Virus record (IMG/VR): IMGVR_UViG_3300016474_000374
Location: 1 to 35,469 of that record
Reading direction: 5' to 3' (one strand)
Origin: a virus
Lineage: Duplodnaviria > Caudoviricetes
DNA: 35,469 nucleotides
The position numbers were made by a program, and so were the translations under genes. Below, in pieces: positions 34,486 to 35,469 of the stretch. Positions within the stretch are counted from its first letter, which is position 1. Each line of letters begins with the position of its first letter. The notes beneath the pieces were generated by a model that was not told where the DNA came from, did no database searches, and worked only from the letters and a program-made list of their open reading frames with translations.

Positions 34486-34719
34486 ATGAAACGCGAAGAA
34501 TTCATCGACATGACAGACGTGATTCGCAAAGCAACAGTAGCCGCAATGGACGCTGGCAACGAGTTCAGCACTCCCTGGCGCATCATCGGAACACTGACAG
34601 CATCACTGGAGGCAGCATTGTACCATCTCCCCAAGGCTAGACGTGCCGAGATACTAAAGCAGACTGTAGAGGGTCTAGAGTATATAGAGCGGTCTTATGC
34701 TATGAAGGAGGCCGCATAA
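34486..34719 (+). CDS. Hypothetical early protein
   Basis: AAGGA SD. Confidence 0.7.
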   Translation: MKREEFIDMTDVIRKATVAAMDAGNEFSTPWRIIGTLTASLEAALYHLPKARRAEILKQTVEGLEYIERSYAMKEAA

Positions 34720-34856
34720 TGAGAGATGGAGTGAGAGTGGGACGAGTGCTACCCCGTGAGGATTCCGGGGACTTCTGGGATCGAATGGTTGGCCGCTGTA
34801 TTTGGTTTACGGCTGGTGCCCTCTCGGTTTTGATGTGGCTGGATATTGGGATTTAG
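34719..34856 (+). CDS. Small membrane peptide (45 aa, not in track)
   Basis: AAGGAGG SD, TAATG overlap and hydrophobic C-terminus. Confidence 0.55.
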   Translation: MRDGVRVGRVLPREDSGDFWDRMVGRCIWFTAGALSVLMWLDIGI

Positions 34857-35207
34857 GGAGTTTGGTGAGAGGACTCGGAAAAAGGTGTTATAGAATATAA
34901 AAAATATTTTTTTCAGATGAGTCTCATACCCTATATAACGGGTATAAACCCCTACCCTATTTTATATCCTCTTATTCCGCTCTCTCCGTTCGCCACCGTT
35001 ATTCGCCATCTTTACTATACTACTCTATACGTAACCGAGTTCTACGAAGTCTTACGAAGTTCTACGAATTCTAATCTATATGTCTGCTTTACAAAAAATT
35101 CTCCAGAAATTTTTCTACATATTTTCCAAATCTATTCTACATATCTCGATTACAAAAAAATCTTGTACAGAAATTTCTATCTAAAACCCCGTCTATAAGA
35201 GTATACT
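34857..35207. other. Non-coding region with palindromes and phased repeats (candidate origin)
   Basis: AAAAAATATTTTTT palindrome at 34899, ATACCC/GGGTAT at 34926-34945, TACGAA at 35043/35053/35063, and a local G-rich to C-rich switch. Confidence 0.45.
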
Positions 35208-35351
35208 ATGTTTGATTACGATTCTATATGGGACATATACGAAATGAAGTTCATTATATTGTTCATTAGTATAGTCTTAACAATCATATTGGGCAATTAT
35301 CTATACAATAAAAATAAGAATACAAACAAAGATGATGACTCCTCTTACTGA
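35208..35351 (+). CDS. Small single-TM protein (47 aa)
   Basis: MFDYDSIW...FIILFISIVLTIILG. Confidence 0.5.
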   Translation: MFDYDSIWDIYEMKFIILFISIVLTIILGNYLYNKNKNTNKDDDSSY

Positions 35352-35424
35352 ATTTAATATAATAATGCTATGCTTTATAGCCATTGTTCTATTCTTCATT
35401 TACTTGCATAAGGATAAGTTATGA
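35332..35424 (+). CDS. Small single-TM protein (30 aa)
   Basis: MMTPLTEFNIIMLCFIAIVLFFIYLHKDKL. Confidence 0.4.
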   Translation: MMTPLTEFNIIMLCFIAIVLFFIYLHKDKL

Positions 35425-35469
35425 CTTATCGAGAGGATAAACTATGAGAATCGGGTATACACTTAATGA

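Noticed and set aside
515-34634. Minus-strand and nested alternative-frame ORFs in the track (e.g. 515-892, 3239-3508, 5253-5642, 8787-9128, 10637-11059, 34197-34634)
   Set aside because: They are shadows of well-supported + strand genes and lack motifs or RBS.
34917-35198. 93-aa ORF from the track
   Set aside because: No SD, it runs through palindromes and 10-bp repeats, and its composition is atypical. Probably non-coding.
1-35469. Alternative genetic code or stop-codon readthrough
   Set aside because: Known genes are full length in the standard code, and TAA, TGA and TAG all occur as stops at coupled gene junctions.

Overview
This window is a fragment of a T4-like (myovirus-type) bacteriophage genome, almost entirely encoded on the + strand. 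Its IscU, ErpA and DUF4214-like genes suggest a beta/gammaproteobacterial host, probably aquatic (inference). 1-4.1 kb: end of a late/structural block (repeat-containing fibre-like protein, S8 protease, EF-hand-like protein). 4.2-18.7 kb: AT-rich replication/metabolism block (gp61-type primase, thyX, MazG-like NTP-PPase, spanin-like pair, nrdA/nrdB, thioredoxin, GT9, BI-1/YccA, erpA, iscU, dCMP deaminase, cytidylyltransferase, 2OG-Fe(II) oxygenase, GIY-YIG nuclease, dadA). 18.8-34.9 kb: a hypervariable early region of about 60 small ORFs. It is punctuated by about 13 copies of a composite element (upstream stop codon, ACCC...CGGGT inverted repeat around a TTGAC(T/A) -35, 17 bp spacer, -10, and a conserved +1 that is often AUG). 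The region also holds a 4-member paralogue family with constant blocks flanking two hypervariable segments, two late-promoter-driven putative internal head proteins, and the only credible minus-strand gene. Two non-coding regions carry 10-bp-phased repeats (candidate origin-type loci). No tRNA, rRNA, CRISPR array or integrase was recognised. All product calls come from motif recognition by eye, not database searches.
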